Source: Vulcanimicrobiota bacterium (GTDB lineage Bacteria > Vulcanimicrobiota > Vulcanimicrobiia > Vulcanimicrobiales > Vulcanimicrobiaceae). Taken from it: a stretch of DNA of 64,000 bases. Positions 46,807 through 57,577 of the stretch are shown here, in pieces. The translations under genes were made by a program, and so were the position numbers. The notes beneath the pieces were generated by a model. The model worked only from the letters and a program-made list of their open reading frames with translations, was not told the DNA's origin and did no database searches. The stretch lies in NCBI GenBank assembly GCA_963786105.1, contig CAWAXX010000023.1:256001-320000 (forward strand), given 5' to 3'. Position 1 is the first letter of the stretch. Each line of letters begins with the position of its first letter.

Positions 46807-46960
46807 CGTCCAATCACCTCTATTGACGCGTGTTCTTCGTTTTTGACGCCCTGCTCTTCGGCGCAAGCAGCCTCTCACCTGGCTGCCAAGCCGGCCGCCG
46901 GTCGACGGATATCCCCGGCGCGTCGCAAAACCAGCGTCGACGGAGGAAATCGTAAAGAAG

Positions 46961-47311
46961 ATGACCGCGAAGCACATTGCGTTCGTAATGTATCCGGTTG
47001 CCGATCTGCAACGCGCGGTCGCATTCTATCGCGACGTTCTTGGATTCGAGAAGAGCGGCATAGATGGGGACTCTTGGGTCGAGTTCGACGTCGCCGGCGT
47101 GACGTTTGGGCTTGGTAACTTCGAGCAAGTCGGTAAGCCGGGCACGGCGCAGTCGCTAGCGATCGAAGTGGACGACATGGCGGCGGCACGCGCGGAACTC
47201 GCCCGGCGCGGCGTCGAGTCCACCGACCCGTTCGAAACGCCGGTCTGTTTTATTTCGATCCTGCACGATCCCGACGGCAATTCCGTCGTGCTCCACCAGG
47301 CCAAAGGGTAG
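46961..47311 (+). CDS. VOC/glyoxalase family protein
   Basis: VADLQRAVAFYRDVLG, EVDD, DPDGN. Confidence 0.9.
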   Translation: MTAKHIAFVMYPVADLQRAVAFYRDVLGFEKSGIDGDSWVEFDVAGVTFGLGNFEQVGKPGTAQSLAIEVDDMAAARAELARRGVESTDPFETPVCFISILHDPDGNSVVLHQAKG

Positions 47312-47335
47312 CGACGCGGCTTTGGTAAGGCGAAG

Positions 47336-47414
47336 GTCCTTCGTCCTTCGACTGCGCGCCTGCGGCGCTCCGCTCAGGATGACACAGTTAGCGCGGCTCC
47401 GCTCAGGATGACAC
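47336..47414. repeat. REP-like repeat copy 2 with a duplicated GCTCCGCTCAGGATGACAC end
   Basis: Matches 29481-29523; lies between convergent genes. Confidence 0.8.
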
Positions 47415-47422
47415 AGGCCAAC

Positions 47423-48814
47423 TTACTCGCTGTCGATGGGTAGGTTCGATTCGGGCTCGTGCATGATTTGGTTCAGCGAGCGTTCTGCCGGAATCGGCGC
47501 GAACGCGCGCGGTTTCTGCTTGAAACTAAACATGTTCCCGATCGATGTCGCGCGCTGGTCGGTCGTTCCGAGAGAGCCCAGGCCGAACGTGCCTTCGATG
47601 AACTTCAAGATGCTACCGAACTCGTACTGGGTGTGCGAGATCGTTCCGGCGGCGACGTAAGGGGAAACGACGATCATGGGGACGCGGAATCCCAGACCGC
47701 CGGCACGATCCAAGAACGGCGGGGGCTCGTGGTCGTAGAATCCGCCCCAGTCGTCCCAGACGATGATGATCGCGGTGGAGTTCCAGTACGAGCTGCCGCC
47801 GACCGCGTTGGCGATTTGCGCAACCCACGACGGCCCGTAGTCGGGAGTGCCTTTACCGTTGGGATGATCGGAGTGCGGTTGGTCCGGAATGACCCACGAC
47901 ATCGCGGGCAACTTTCCGTTCTTGATGTCGGCGATCACGTTTTTTTCGGGCATCGAGACGTTCGTATTCCATTCGGAGCCGTGTCGGACCGCGTCGATGG
48001 CCGCAAACGCATTCCAAAGCGCCCCGGCAGTGGCGCTAACATATTTCGGCGCATAATACTTCCACGACACGCCCTTCTTGTCGAGGAGATCCCGCAGCGT
48101 GCCGGTGGGGTAGGTCAGGCACGGAAACGGCCCGGACGTATCGATCGGAATCGGATAGCTGCCGTTCCACTGCGTGATGGGCGTCGTCGTGCCTTTCGGC
48201 GCGTCGCAGCCCCAACTGGTCCAATCCTGCCACGGATAGTCGATGAGACTTCCCGTGAGGCTGCCGAACGTGCCCGCCGTCGTGCCTGCGATGAGATCTT
48301 GATGGGCCGTAAAACTGCCGCTACCTTGGGTTTGAAACAAATGATCGGCGAGACCGTACTGTTGCGCCAACGCCCAGTACGGTTTGATCTTCGAGGGGTT
48401 CACGTACTGATACGGGTAGTTGCCGGCTTGATTGTTGCCGTTGATGCCCTCGAGGTTAAAACCATCCATCTTGCCGTTGTCGTACGCGGCCCAAAACTGT
48501 TTATACGAATGGTTGATGTCGAGTGCGCCGGCGAGATTGACTTTGGCGAGCGGAACGATCTGGCCCTTGGAGTTCTTCCCGCTCGTCGCGCCGTCGGCGC
48601 CGGGAAACGTCGCGAAGAGATTGTCGAAGCTGCGATTCTCTTGAACGATCAGGACGATGTGTTTGATCGAGCCGCTGCTGCCATTCGCGCGGGTGGCCGG
48701 CGTCTCGCCCGCCGGCGCGAAAGCCGCGCCCGCCCCGCCATTCGAGCAACCGGCAAGCGCGAACGCGGCGGCGATCGCGGCGGATGCAAGCGTACGCAAA
48801 GACCTCACGAGCAA
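47423..48814 (-). CDS. Phosphoesterase (PLC/AcpA family) lipoprotein
   Basis: LAGC lipobox; [27 protein letters not shown]. Confidence 0.92.
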   Translation of the reverse strand: MLVRSLRTLASAAIAAAFALAGCSNGGAGAAFAPAGETPATRANGSSGSIKHIVLIVQENRSFDNLFATFPGADGATSGKNSKGQIVPLAKVNLAGALDINHSYKQFWAAYDNGKMDGFNLEGINGNNQAGNYPYQYVNPSKIKPYWALAQQYGLADHLFQTQGSGSFTAHQDLIAGTTAGTFGSLTGSLIDYPWQDWTSWGCDAPKGTTTPITQWNGSYPIPIDTSGPFPCLTYPTGTLRDLLDKKGVSWKYYAPKYVSATAGALWNAFAAIDAVRHGSEWNTNVSMPEKNVIADIKNGKLPAMSWVIPDQPHSDHPNGKGTPDYGPSWVAQIANAVGGSSYWNSTAIIIVWDDWGGFYDHEPPPFLDRAGGLGFRVPMIVVSPYVAAGTISHTQYEFGSILKFIEGTFGLGSLGTTDQRATSIGNMFSFKQKPRAFAPIPAERSLNQIMHEPESNLPIDSE

Positions 48815-48868
48815 AACCTTCCACGCGACAAATGAATATGCATTTTGGTGACCGCAGTCATTCTCGAC

Positions 48869-50248
48869 TTAACGACTGTCGGGAGCACGCGGATCGAGCG
48901 GCTCGCGCTCGAAATCGGTTCGTGTGAGACGTGCGGGTATCGGATTGAAGGAGCGCGGCGGCTTCGAGAAGTCGAAGCAATCGTTTGCCGGAGAGCTTGC
49001 GCGCGCGTCGGTAGCGGCAAGGCGTGCGAGCCCAAACTGGTCCTCGACGAAGCGAAGTATGCTGCCGTGCTCGTATTGCACGTGAGAAACGTAACCTTGC
49101 TTCGCGTAGGCGGAAACCACGATCAGGGGGACGCGAATTCCGAGGCCGTCGTAATCCTCGAGCGGCGGCGGAACGTGATCGTACCAGCCGCCGTAGTCGT
49201 CCCAAAAGACGAAGATCGCCGTCGACTTCCAATACTGCGACTTGCCGACGGCATTAACCAGCGAAGCGACCCAATGCGGTCCGTGATTGGAATCGCAGCT
49301 GGCGTGGTCGGAGTTCGCGCAGCTCGGCGTCACCCAGCTAACCGCGGGCAGTTTCCCTGCGCTGACGTCTTTGAAAAAACGCGTCTGCGGACTGACGACG
49401 TCCGTATTCCAATCGGGACCGTTACGGATGTGATCGATTGCTTGGTAGGCGCTCCAGATACCGCTTGCCGGATCGTTCACGCTCGACGTGTAGTAGTGCC
49501 ACGAAACTCCGGTCGCGTCGAGCTCGTCGCCGAGAGTGTTGTTGTCGAGGCACGGTGAGATGTCGTGGCCATAGGTTCGTTGCGCCGTCACCGTTGGAAG
49601 AACGTCGTGCGGGCCGCCCCCGCAACCCCACAACCCCGAGGGAAAGTCTACGGCGGAGCTCGACTGACCCGCGATGATATATTGGTGCGAAACGAAACTG
49701 CTCGCGTCGAAGTTCGACGCGAACATCCGGTCGGCCAGCACGTATTGTTTGGCCATGGCAAAGTACGGCTTGGTTTCGCTCTTCGGCACGTAACCGTACT
49801 GAGAATCCGGCTTTGGGCACTTCGAGGGACCGCCGCCTTTTCCGCAGCTCATCGCCTCCTTGTCGAAGCCGTCCATCTTGCAGCCGGTACCCGGCAGGCT
49901 TCCTTGACCGTCGCAGGCGGCGAAATAGCTCTTCGAGTCGTGATCGATGTCCCACGGAGCTTCCAGACCGAACGGCGCGAGTGCGAGTTTTTGGCCCGTG
50001 CTGGTGTAGCCGAACGACTGCACGTCCGCACCGGGAAAGCCTTGGAAAAGATTGTCGAAGCTGCGGTTTTCTTGAACGATGATAACGACGTGCGATATCT
50101 TGCCGCTCGCACCGCGACGATTTGTGCCCGCGTCGCCGGCGCGCTGCGTGGCGTTTGCGCTCGTCGTCCCCACGGGCGCTATTCCGCCGCTAACTCCGGC
50201 GCAAGCCGATAGAGACAAGGCCAACGCCGCGGCGGCGAGTCTATTCAT
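48869..50248 (-). CDS. Phosphoesterase (PLC/AcpA family) lipoprotein
   Basis: LSAC lipobox; [23 protein letters not shown]. Confidence 0.92.
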   Translation of the reverse strand: MNRLAAAALALSLSACAGVSGGIAPVGTTSANATQRAGDAGTNRRGASGKISHVVIIVQENRSFDNLFQGFPGADVQSFGYTSTGQKLALAPFGLEAPWDIDHDSKSYFAACDGQGSLPGTGCKMDGFDKEAMSCGKGGGPSKCPKPDSQYGYVPKSETKPYFAMAKQYVLADRMFASNFDASSFVSHQYIIAGQSSSAVDFPSGLWGCGGGPHDVLPTVTAQRTYGHDISPCLDNNTLGDELDATGVSWHYYTSSVNDPASGIWSAYQAIDHIRNGPDWNTDVVSPQTRFFKDVSAGKLPAVSWVTPSCANSDHASCDSNHGPHWVASLVNAVGKSQYWKSTAIFVFWDDYGGWYDHVPPPLEDYDGLGIRVPLIVVSAYAKQGYVSHVQYEHGSILRFVEDQFGLARLAATDARASSPANDCFDFSKPPRSFNPIPARLTRTDFEREPLDPRAPDSR

Positions 50249-51611
50249 CGTCGGTTGGACGGCCATCGAAGGGCTCGCTTTCGAAATCGGCCGGCTTGAG
50301 CTTTTCGGGTATCGGAACGAACGAGCGCGGCCGTTGAGAAAAATCGAAACAATCCTTTTCCGGCGAACTGGCGCGTACGTCGGTGGCGGCCAGCCGCGGC
50401 AACCCAAACTGATCCTCAACGAATTTGAGAATGCTGCCGTGCTCGTATTGAACGTGGGAGACGTAGCCTTTTTTTGCGTACGGCGAGATCACGAGCAACG
50501 GGACGCGGATACCGAGCCCGTCGTAGTCGGCGAGCGGCGGCGGGACGTGGTCGTACCAGCCGCCGTAGTCGTCCCAGAAGACGAAGATGGCGGTGGAATC
50601 CCAATACGGGGAGTTGCCGACGGCGTTCACGAGCGAGGCAACCCAGTGGGGTCCGCGGTTGGAGCCGCAGCCGGAGTGATCGGAATTGCCGCAGGTCGGG
50701 GTAATCCAACTGACCGCGGGCAGCGCGCCGCGAGCAACGTCCTTGAAGAAGCGCGTCTGCGGGGAAATGACGTTCGTTTTCCAGTCGGGCCCGTAGCGAA
50801 TGTGTTTGATGGCCTGGTACGCGCTCCACATACTGCCCTGCCCGTTCGCGAGACTCGACGTATAGTAGTGCCAGGAGATGCCGGCGGTATCGAGTTCGTC
50901 GCCGAGGGTTTGACTTTCGAAACACGCTTGAATCTTGCTTCCATACGTCCGCTGTTGCGTCAGCGTGCCGATGGTGTCTTTGGGACCGCCGTCGCAGCCC
51001 CATGTCGGGGTCGACGGAAAGTCCACGCTGGAGCTCGCCTGACCGGCGATGGCATACTGATGCGAAACGAAGCTGCTGCCGTCGAAGTTCGAGGCAAACA
51101 TTTCGTCGGCCAACACATATTGTGCGGCCATGGCAAAATACGGCTTCGTCTCGTTCTTAGGAACGTAGCCGTATTGCGGGTTGGCGTTAGGGCAACGCGG
51201 GCCGCCGATGGGGCGGCCACAGCTGACCAACTCCTTGTCGAAGCCGTCCATCTTGCAATTCGTGCCTGGGTAGGTTCCTTGCCCATCGCACGCGTCGAAG
51301 AACTCTTGCGAACTGTGCTTGATGTCCCAGCCGGCGTCGAGACCGATCGGGGCGAGGGACACTCTCTTTCCGGCACTGGTGTAGCCGTACGACTGCGTGT
51401 CGGCGCCGCGAAAACCTTGGAAGAGATCGTCGACGCTGCGGTTTTCTTGAATGATGATGACGACGTGCGAAATCTTGCCGCCGGCATGACGCAACCGGTT
51501 AGCATGAAGGTTCGCCGCCGACGGCGGCCCGCCAAGTCCGGAGCAGGCGCTCAGCCACAGCGCCCACGTTACCAGGGTAAACGTTCGGCCGGCGGCGAGG
51601 ATACTTCGCAT
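50241..51611 (-). CDS. Phosphoesterase (PLC/AcpA family) lipoprotein
   Basis: LSAC lipobox; [17 protein letters not shown]. Confidence 0.92.
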   Translation of the reverse strand: MRSILAAGRTFTLVTWALWLSACSGLGGPPSAANLHANRLRHAGGKISHVVIIIQENRSVDDLFQGFRGADTQSYGYTSAGKRVSLAPIGLDAGWDIKHSSQEFFDACDGQGTYPGTNCKMDGFDKELVSCGRPIGGPRCPNANPQYGYVPKNETKPYFAMAAQYVLADEMFASNFDGSSFVSHQYAIAGQASSSVDFPSTPTWGCDGGPKDTIGTLTQQRTYGSKIQACFESQTLGDELDTAGISWHYYTSSLANGQGSMWSAYQAIKHIRYGPDWKTNVISPQTRFFKDVARGALPAVSWITPTCGNSDHSGCGSNRGPHWVASLVNAVGNSPYWDSTAIFVFWDDYGGWYDHVPPPLADYDGLGIRVPLLVISPYAKKGYVSHVQYEHGSILKFVEDQFGLPRLAATDVRASSPEKDCFDFSQRPRSFVPIPEKLKPADFESEPFDGRPTDDE

Positions 51612-51626
51612 CGAGCGTCGGCGGCG

Positions 51627-53021
51627 CTATTCGTTATCGAGCGGGCGTAAGTCGGGGGGTTCGCGCTCGAAGTCGGCGGGTTTGAGCCGCGTGGGAATCG
51701 GGACGAACGCGCGCGGCTGCGCAGAGAAGTCGAAGGAGTCCTTTTCCGGCGACGTCGCGCGCCGGTCGCTGGCAGACAGACGCGCCAGGCCGAACTGGTC
51801 TTCGACGAACTTCACGATGCTGCCGTGCTCGTACTGAACGTGTGAAACCCAACCTTGCTTGGCGTACGGCGAAACGACGATCAGCGGAACGCGAATGCCG
51901 AGTCCGTCGTAGTCGACGAACGGTGGTGCGACGTGATCGTACCACCCGCCATAGTCGTCCCAGAAGATGAAGATCGCGGTCGAATCCCAATACTGCGATT
52001 CCCCCACCGCGTTCACCAACGATGCGACCCAGTGCGGCCCGTTGTTCGTATCGCAGGTGCCGTGGTCGGAGTTCTTACACACCGGCGTTACCCAACTCAC
52101 GGCCGGCAGTTTTCCGTTGGAAACGTCTTTGAAGAATCGAGTCTGCGGCGTGATGACGTTCTTTTTCCAATCCGGTCCGTAACGAATGTGTTTGATGGCC
52201 TGGTAGGCGTTCCAAATCCCGCCGAGCGCGTAGTCGTACTGCGAGGTGTAATACGCCCAGGAGATACCGGCTTTGTCGAGCTCGTCGCCGAGCGTGGTAT
52301 TGTCGAAGCATACCTGGATTTTGGCGTTCAGCGCTCGTTGCTGCGTGATCGTCCAAATGGTATCCTGCGGTCCGCCGTCGCAGCCCCACGTTCCGGACAC
52401 CGGATAGTCGATCGTCGAGTTCGCCTGAGCCGCGATGATGTATTGATGCGAGACGAAACTGCTCGCGTCGAAGTTGGACGTGAACATCTTGTCGCCCAGC
52501 ACGTATTGCTTCGCCATCGCAACGTAGGGCTTCGTTTCGCTCGCCGGTGCGTAGCTGTATTGAGGGTGCTTATTGGGGCAGGACGGATTCACATTGCAGC
52601 TCACGGCTTCCTTATCGAAGCCGTCCATCTTGCAGTTGGTTCCCGGAATGCTGCCCTGTCCGTCGCAGGCCTCGTAGTAGGCGGCGGACCGGTGATCGAC
52701 GTCCCACCTTATGCCGATCGGAACCGGCTGCAGCGTGACTTTTTCTCCGGTGCTCGTGTACCCGTACGACTGGACGTCGGCGCCGGGAAAACCCTGGAAG
52801 AGATTGTCGAAGCTGCGGTTCTCCTGCACGATGATGACGACGTGTTTAATTTTGCCGCTGGGCTTGTACCGAACGTTGTCGAGGACGTTCGACGGCAACG
52901 CCGGAGACGTAATGGGAAATCCGGCGCCGGCGGCGCTGCCGGCGTTTCCGCCGCACGCCGAAAGAGAGAGTCCGATCGCGGCGGCGACGATGGTTCGCAG
53001 GATGCCCGAGAGAGTTTTCAT
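51627..53021 (-). CDS. Phosphoesterase (PLC/AcpA family) lipoprotein
   Basis: LSAC lipobox; [17 protein letters not shown]. Confidence 0.92.
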   Translation of the reverse strand: MKTLSGILRTIVAAAIGLSLSACGGNAGSAAGAGFPITSPALPSNVLDNVRYKPSGKIKHVVIIVQENRSFDNLFQGFPGADVQSYGYTSTGEKVTLQPVPIGIRWDVDHRSAAYYEACDGQGSIPGTNCKMDGFDKEAVSCNVNPSCPNKHPQYSYAPASETKPYVAMAKQYVLGDKMFTSNFDASSFVSHQYIIAAQANSTIDYPVSGTWGCDGGPQDTIWTITQQRALNAKIQVCFDNTTLGDELDKAGISWAYYTSQYDYALGGIWNAYQAIKHIRYGPDWKKNVITPQTRFFKDVSNGKLPAVSWVTPVCKNSDHGTCDTNNGPHWVASLVNAVGESQYWDSTAIFIFWDDYGGWYDHVAPPFVDYDGLGIRVPLIVVSPYAKQGWVSHVQYEHGSIVKFVEDQFGLARLSASDRRATSPEKDSFDFSAQPRAFVPIPTRLKPADFEREPPDLRPLDNE

Positions 53022-53043
53022 GACGTGTCCTCGCATTGCGCGG

Positions 53044-54423
53044 CTATTCATTGTCGAGTGGGCGCGGATCGAGCGGCTGGCGCTCGAAGTCGGCTGGCTT
53101 GAGCTTGCTCGGGATCGTCACGAACGAACGCGGCGGCTGCGAGAAATCGAAACAATCGCTTTCCGGAGAGGTCGCGCGTGCGTCGCTGGCCGCGAGCCTC
53201 GCGAGCCCGAACTGATTCTCGACGAATTTTAAGAGGCTCCCGTGTTCGTAGTGCACGTGCGTAACGTAGTTCTTCTTGGCGTACGGCGAGATTATCAGTA
53301 GGGGTACTCGGATGCCGAGCCCGTCGTAGTCGACCATTGCGGGTGCGACGTGATCGTACCAGCCGCCGAAATCGTCCCACATCACGAAAATCGCGGTCGT
53401 ATCCCAGTACGGCGACTTCCCGACCGCGTTTACGAGCGACGCAACCCACGACGGTCCGTGACCGGTGGTACAGCTGGCATGATCGGAGTTTTCGCAGGTC
53501 GGCGTTACCCAGCTCACCGCAGGCAATTTCCCGTTACGCACATCTTTAAAGAACTTCGTCTGCGGGTCGACGACGTGCGTTTTCCAGTCCGTGCCGTAGC
53601 GAATGTGCTTGATGGCCTGATACGCGTTCCAAAGCTCTCCATCGCCGCTAATGCCGGCCGTGTAGTACTTCCATGAGACGCCGGCGGCGTCCAGCTCGTC
53701 ACCAAGCGTCGAATTATCGAAGCAGGCTTGAACCTGGCTGCCGTAGGTACGCTGCTGCGTGATCGTCCCGACGGTATCTTTCGAGCCGCCGTCGCAGCCC
53801 CAATACGTCAGCGGATAGTCGACTGCAGAGCTCGACTGACCGGCAATGAGGTACTGATGCGAGACGAAGCTGCCGTCGAAATTTGAAGGGAACATCCGAT
53901 CGGCCAGCACGTATTGCTTCGCCATGGCGAAGTACGGCTTCGTTTCGGCTTGCGGCACGTACGCGTACTGCGGCGTCTTGTTCGGACACTTCGGCCCGGG
54001 CGGGACCTCGCACGTCGCGAATTCCTTGTCGAAGCCGTCCATCTTGCAGTTGGTGCCGGGGAAGCTTCCCTGACCGTCGCAGGCGGCGAAGAAGGCCTTC
54101 GAGCCGTGATCGACATCCCAGCCGCTATCGAGACTGACTGGGACCAGCTGTACCTTCTGCCCGGTGCTCGTGTAGCCGTACGACCGGGTGTCGGCTCCAG
54201 GGTAGCCCTGAAACAGATTGTCGAAGCTGCGGTTCTCTTGAATGATGATGACGACGTGCGCGATCTTCCCGCCGGCTTTGCCGCGAGCGATGGCACCGTA
54301 TGAAGACGCGCCGGTAACCGGCAGCCCGGCTTGCTGCGGGCCTCCACCGCCTCCGCCGCAAGCGGCGGACCCCGTCACGGCAATGAGGACGAGCCATCGG
54401 CCTACTTGCCGAATCGATGCCAT
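53044..54423 (-). CDS. Phosphoesterase (PLC/AcpA family) lipoprotein
   Basis: GGAG RBS; SAAC lipobox-like; [17 protein letters not shown]. Confidence 0.92.
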   Translation of the reverse strand: MASIRQVGRWLVLIAVTGSAACGGGGGGPQQAGLPVTGASSYGAIARGKAGGKIAHVVIIIQENRSFDNLFQGYPGADTRSYGYTSTGQKVQLVPVSLDSGWDVDHGSKAFFAACDGQGSFPGTNCKMDGFDKEFATCEVPPGPKCPNKTPQYAYVPQAETKPYFAMAKQYVLADRMFPSNFDGSFVSHQYLIAGQSSSAVDYPLTYWGCDGGSKDTVGTITQQRTYGSQVQACFDNSTLGDELDAAGVSWKYYTAGISGDGELWNAYQAIKHIRYGTDWKTHVVDPQTKFFKDVRNGKLPAVSWVTPTCENSDHASCTTGHGPSWVASLVNAVGKSPYWDTTAIFVMWDDFGGWYDHVAPAMVDYDGLGIRVPLLIISPYAKKNYVTHVHYEHGSLLKFVENQFGLARLAASDARATSPESDCFDFSQPPRSFVTIPSKLKPADFERQPLDPRPLDNE

Positions 54424-54656
54424 GGCGACTCCTTGGTGGGGTGAAAAACGGCACTCACCGCTACGACGCGACGCGCTCAAAATCCCGGGGTCTCCTTTAC
54501 ACTACCTTTACAAAAATACGGACCTAGCTGCAGGTAACGCTTGCCTCGGCTCGCATTGTAGCTATCCCCCAGGTGTGGACCAGGGTTATCTTCGCAGATT
54601 CCCGATCAAACTGAACAACTTTTCACACTTTCATGAAAGAAAAGGGAAATTCATCA

Positions 54657-55754
54657 ATGAAGATTTCCAACTCGGCCAAGTACGTCATCGGCGTATCCGC
54701 GGCCGTTGCTCTTCTCGCCGGCTGTACCAGCAGCGGCGGGTCGCAGCTCGCCCCGGGCGGCGCAATGACGCCAAGCGGCGTTCATCAGACGATGGGTGGC
54801 AACCATAAGGTTGACCTGTCGATGACGCTCGTCACGCCCAAGAGCGTGAAGCCCAACCTCCAGCGCAAAATCAAAGACATGGCACGCGTTAAGCCGAACT
54901 GCTGCGGCCTCCAGAAGACCCTCGCCGTGACCGACGCGTTCGGCGGATCGAGCTTCACCGGCGCCGTGTACCTGTTCGACTACAACTCCGGCGCAGCGAT
55001 GGGATCGCTCAACCCGCCGCCCGAAGGCTGGTCCGAAGTTCAAGGCGCCTGCTCCGACAAGAGCGGCAACTTCTACTTCGCCAATACCGGTATGTCGACG
55101 GTCGACGAGTACTCGCACAGCGGTACCTATATCTCGACGATCGCCGACCCGGGTCAGTTCCCGGTAGGCTGCGCGTTCGATCGTTCTACCGGCAACCTCG
55201 CCATCTCGAACATCATCGACACGAGCGGCGGCCCGGGCAGCATCTCGATCGCCAGCGGTGGCGCGATCACCAACACGTACTTCCCGAATAACATGAGCCG
55301 CGTGTACTTCGTCGGCTACGAAGCCGGCACGGGCACCCTGTGGCTGTCGGGCTCGAACTCCACGGTCGGCTTCCAGCTCGACACGTTCTCGAGCGGCGTG
55401 TTCCATCTGCTCCCGACCTCGGGAATCCTCTTCCCGGGTACGACGCAGTGGTCGGGCGCGGTGAAGTGGATGGTCGAAGGCGACCAAGACACCTTCAGCG
55501 CTCCGACGTTCTACCAACTTGACGACGGCGGCAACACCGTAGGCTCGACCGTGACGGAGTGCACGCAGGGCTCCGACTTCTGCGACATCGTCCAGGCCGT
55601 TATCAAGGGCCCAGGTCTCGTAGGACCGGATGCCGTTCTCCTCAGCGCCAACCGCTTCGCCTTCCCGGCCGGCGGCGCACCGACGTTGAACTATCCCGCT
55701 GCCTACGTGCAGCCGATCGGTTCGGCAGTTAGCCCCGATAAGAGCGGCGGCTAG
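54657..55754 (+). CDS. Lipoprotein with a beta-propeller-like repeat domain
   Basis: LAGC lipobox; GACSDKSGN and GCAFDRSTGNLA blades; strong C-ending codon bias; followed by a terminator. Confidence 0.75.
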   Translation: MKISNSAKYVIGVSAAVALLAGCTSSGGSQLAPGGAMTPSGVHQTMGGNHKVDLSMTLVTPKSVKPNLQRKIKDMARVKPNCCGLQKTLAVTDAFGGSSFTGAVYLFDYNSGAAMGSLNPPPEGWSEVQGACSDKSGNFYFANTGMSTVDEYSHSGTYISTIADPGQFPVGCAFDRSTGNLAISNIIDTSGGPGSISIASGGAITNTYFPNNMSRVYFVGYEAGTGTLWLSGSNSTVGFQLDTFSSGVFHLLPTSGILFPGTTQWSGAVKWMVEGDQDTFSAPTFYQLDDGGNTVGSTVTECTQGSDFCDIVQAVIKGPGLVGPDAVLLSANRFAFPAGGAPTLNYPAAYVQPIGSAVSPDKSGG

Positions 55755-55789
55755 AAGCCTCTCGACTCTCGTATCGGGAATCATCTGGC

Positions 55790-55821
55790 ACGGGCCCGCT
55801 CCGGCGGGCCCGTTTCTTTTT
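55790..55821 (+). terminator. Rho-independent terminator
   Basis: acgggcccgc-tccg-gcgggcccgt stem-loop followed by ttcttttt. Confidence 0.85.
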
Positions 55822-55844
55822 GGAAATCCCACCCCTACGTATAT

Positions 55845-55888
55845 GCATTTACCGCACCGACGTAGCGGTACGTCGGTGCGGTAAATGC
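55845..55888. repeat. Perfect 20-bp inverted repeat
   Basis: gcatttaccgcaccgacgta-gcgg-tacgtcggtgcggtaaatgc, just past the stop of the minus-strand phosphoesterase. Confidence 0.85.
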
Positions 55889-55897
55889 GTGTTCCAG

Positions 55898-57299
55898 TTA
55901 TTCCGTGTCGACGGGCTGGTTGGAGGGGGGCTCGTGCATGAAATACGCGCGGGAGCGTTCCGCCTGGATGACGTGAAAGATCCTTGGCTTCAACTTGAAG
56001 TTAAAGATGTTGGCAATCGAGGTCGCGCGGGCGTCGGTCGTTCCGAGCGAACCAAGCCGAAACGTCCCTTCGACGAACTTGAGAATGCTGCCGAACTCGT
56101 ACTGAGTGTTGGCGATCGTCCCGGCCGGGACGTACGGCGACACCACCAGCATGGGAACGCGGAAGCCTAACCCGCCGGCCTGGTCGAAGAACGGCGGCGG
56201 CCGATGGTCGTAGAAACCACCCCAGTCGTCCCACACGACGACGATGGCGGTGGAGTTCCAATAGCTGCTCGTGCCGATTGCATTAACGACCGAGGCTACC
56301 CACGCGGGTCCCGAGTACTTGCCGCTGAGCGAGTGCGGATGGTCGGAGTTCACCTGATCGGGAATCACCCACGACACCGCCGGCAGCTGCGAGTTGGAAA
56401 TATCGGTAAAGACGTTCGTTTCCGGCATGGAAACGTTGGTGTTCCACTCAGGGCCGTGATACACGGCGTCAATAGCGGCGAACGCGTCCCAAAGCGCGCC
56501 CGACGTATCGTTCTTGTATTTCGGCGTATAATATTTCCACGAAACGCCCTTGGCGTCGAGCAGATCGCGCATCGTGCCGCTCGGGTACGTTAAGCATGGG
56601 AACGGCCCTTGACCCGTGAGATATTGGCCGGCGGGGGTTAACATCGACGTGGCAGTGGCGGGGTTCGCCGCACATCCCCAGTTGACCGAATTCGACGGAT
56701 AGTCGACGAGGCTGCCGGTGATGCTGTTGTACGTCAGCGCGGTAGCGCCGGCGATCAGATCCTGATGCGCGGTGAAGCTGCCGCTGCCTTGCGTTTGGAA
56801 CATTTCGTCGGCGAGCGCGTATTGCTGAGCCAACGTCCAATATGGCTGAATCTGTGCGGGGTTGACGTACTGGTACGGGTATTTACCCGCCGGATTGTTT
56901 CCGTTGATGCCTTCTAAATTGAACCCGTCCATGCCGCCGTTGTCGTAATCGCCGAGGTAGTCTTTTCGGGCGTGGTTCACGTCGAGCCCGGCGAGCGTCT
57001 GTTCTTTGAGCGGAACCTGCGTGCGCTTGTAGTGGCCCGGCGAAATTTTCTTCAGGTAGTATCCATACGTAGCGCCGTCGGCACCGGGAAACGTCGCGAA
57101 CAAATTATCCGAAGCTGCGGTTTTCTTGAATCATGATGACGACGTGCCGGATAGGGCTGCTTGCGTCGTGCGCGTTGGTACGGCCCGCTGGGGCGGAACC
57201 GTTCTCGGGCAGCGGGCTCGATGCGGGAGCACCGGAACACCCGGCGAGACCGGACGCGAAGGCGAGAAATCCGAGCAAGGCAAAATGATGCGTACGCAT
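55898..57299 (-). pseudogene. Phosphoesterase lipoprotein with a one-base frameshift in the ENRSFDN motif (pseudogene or sequencing error)
   Basis: ORF 57105-57299 ends QENRSFG*; deleting one base at 57109-57110 restores [14 protein letters not shown] in frame with 55898-57103. Confidence 0.85.
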
Positions 57300-57577
57300 A
57301 ATGAACGATCTCCTTCAGGCGAGCGAATCATTCTCGCCGCTCTCCGAGGGTTCCGCTAGGCAGAGCACGGCTGGAGCTTTAGTGATGACGATGATCGTCG
57401 CCGGATGCGGGAGTTGCGTATGCGCAGCTTCGCGGGCTCAACGGCGATGGATACGGAATTATCGATCCGTTGTTACCGGTGAGCGAGGGCGTCCCAAGGG
57501 CCCCCTTATCATCCCTTGCGACGCTCCCTCTCGGACCGATAACGTTTCCGGGTGTTCGGACGTTTCTGCGCGACTCG

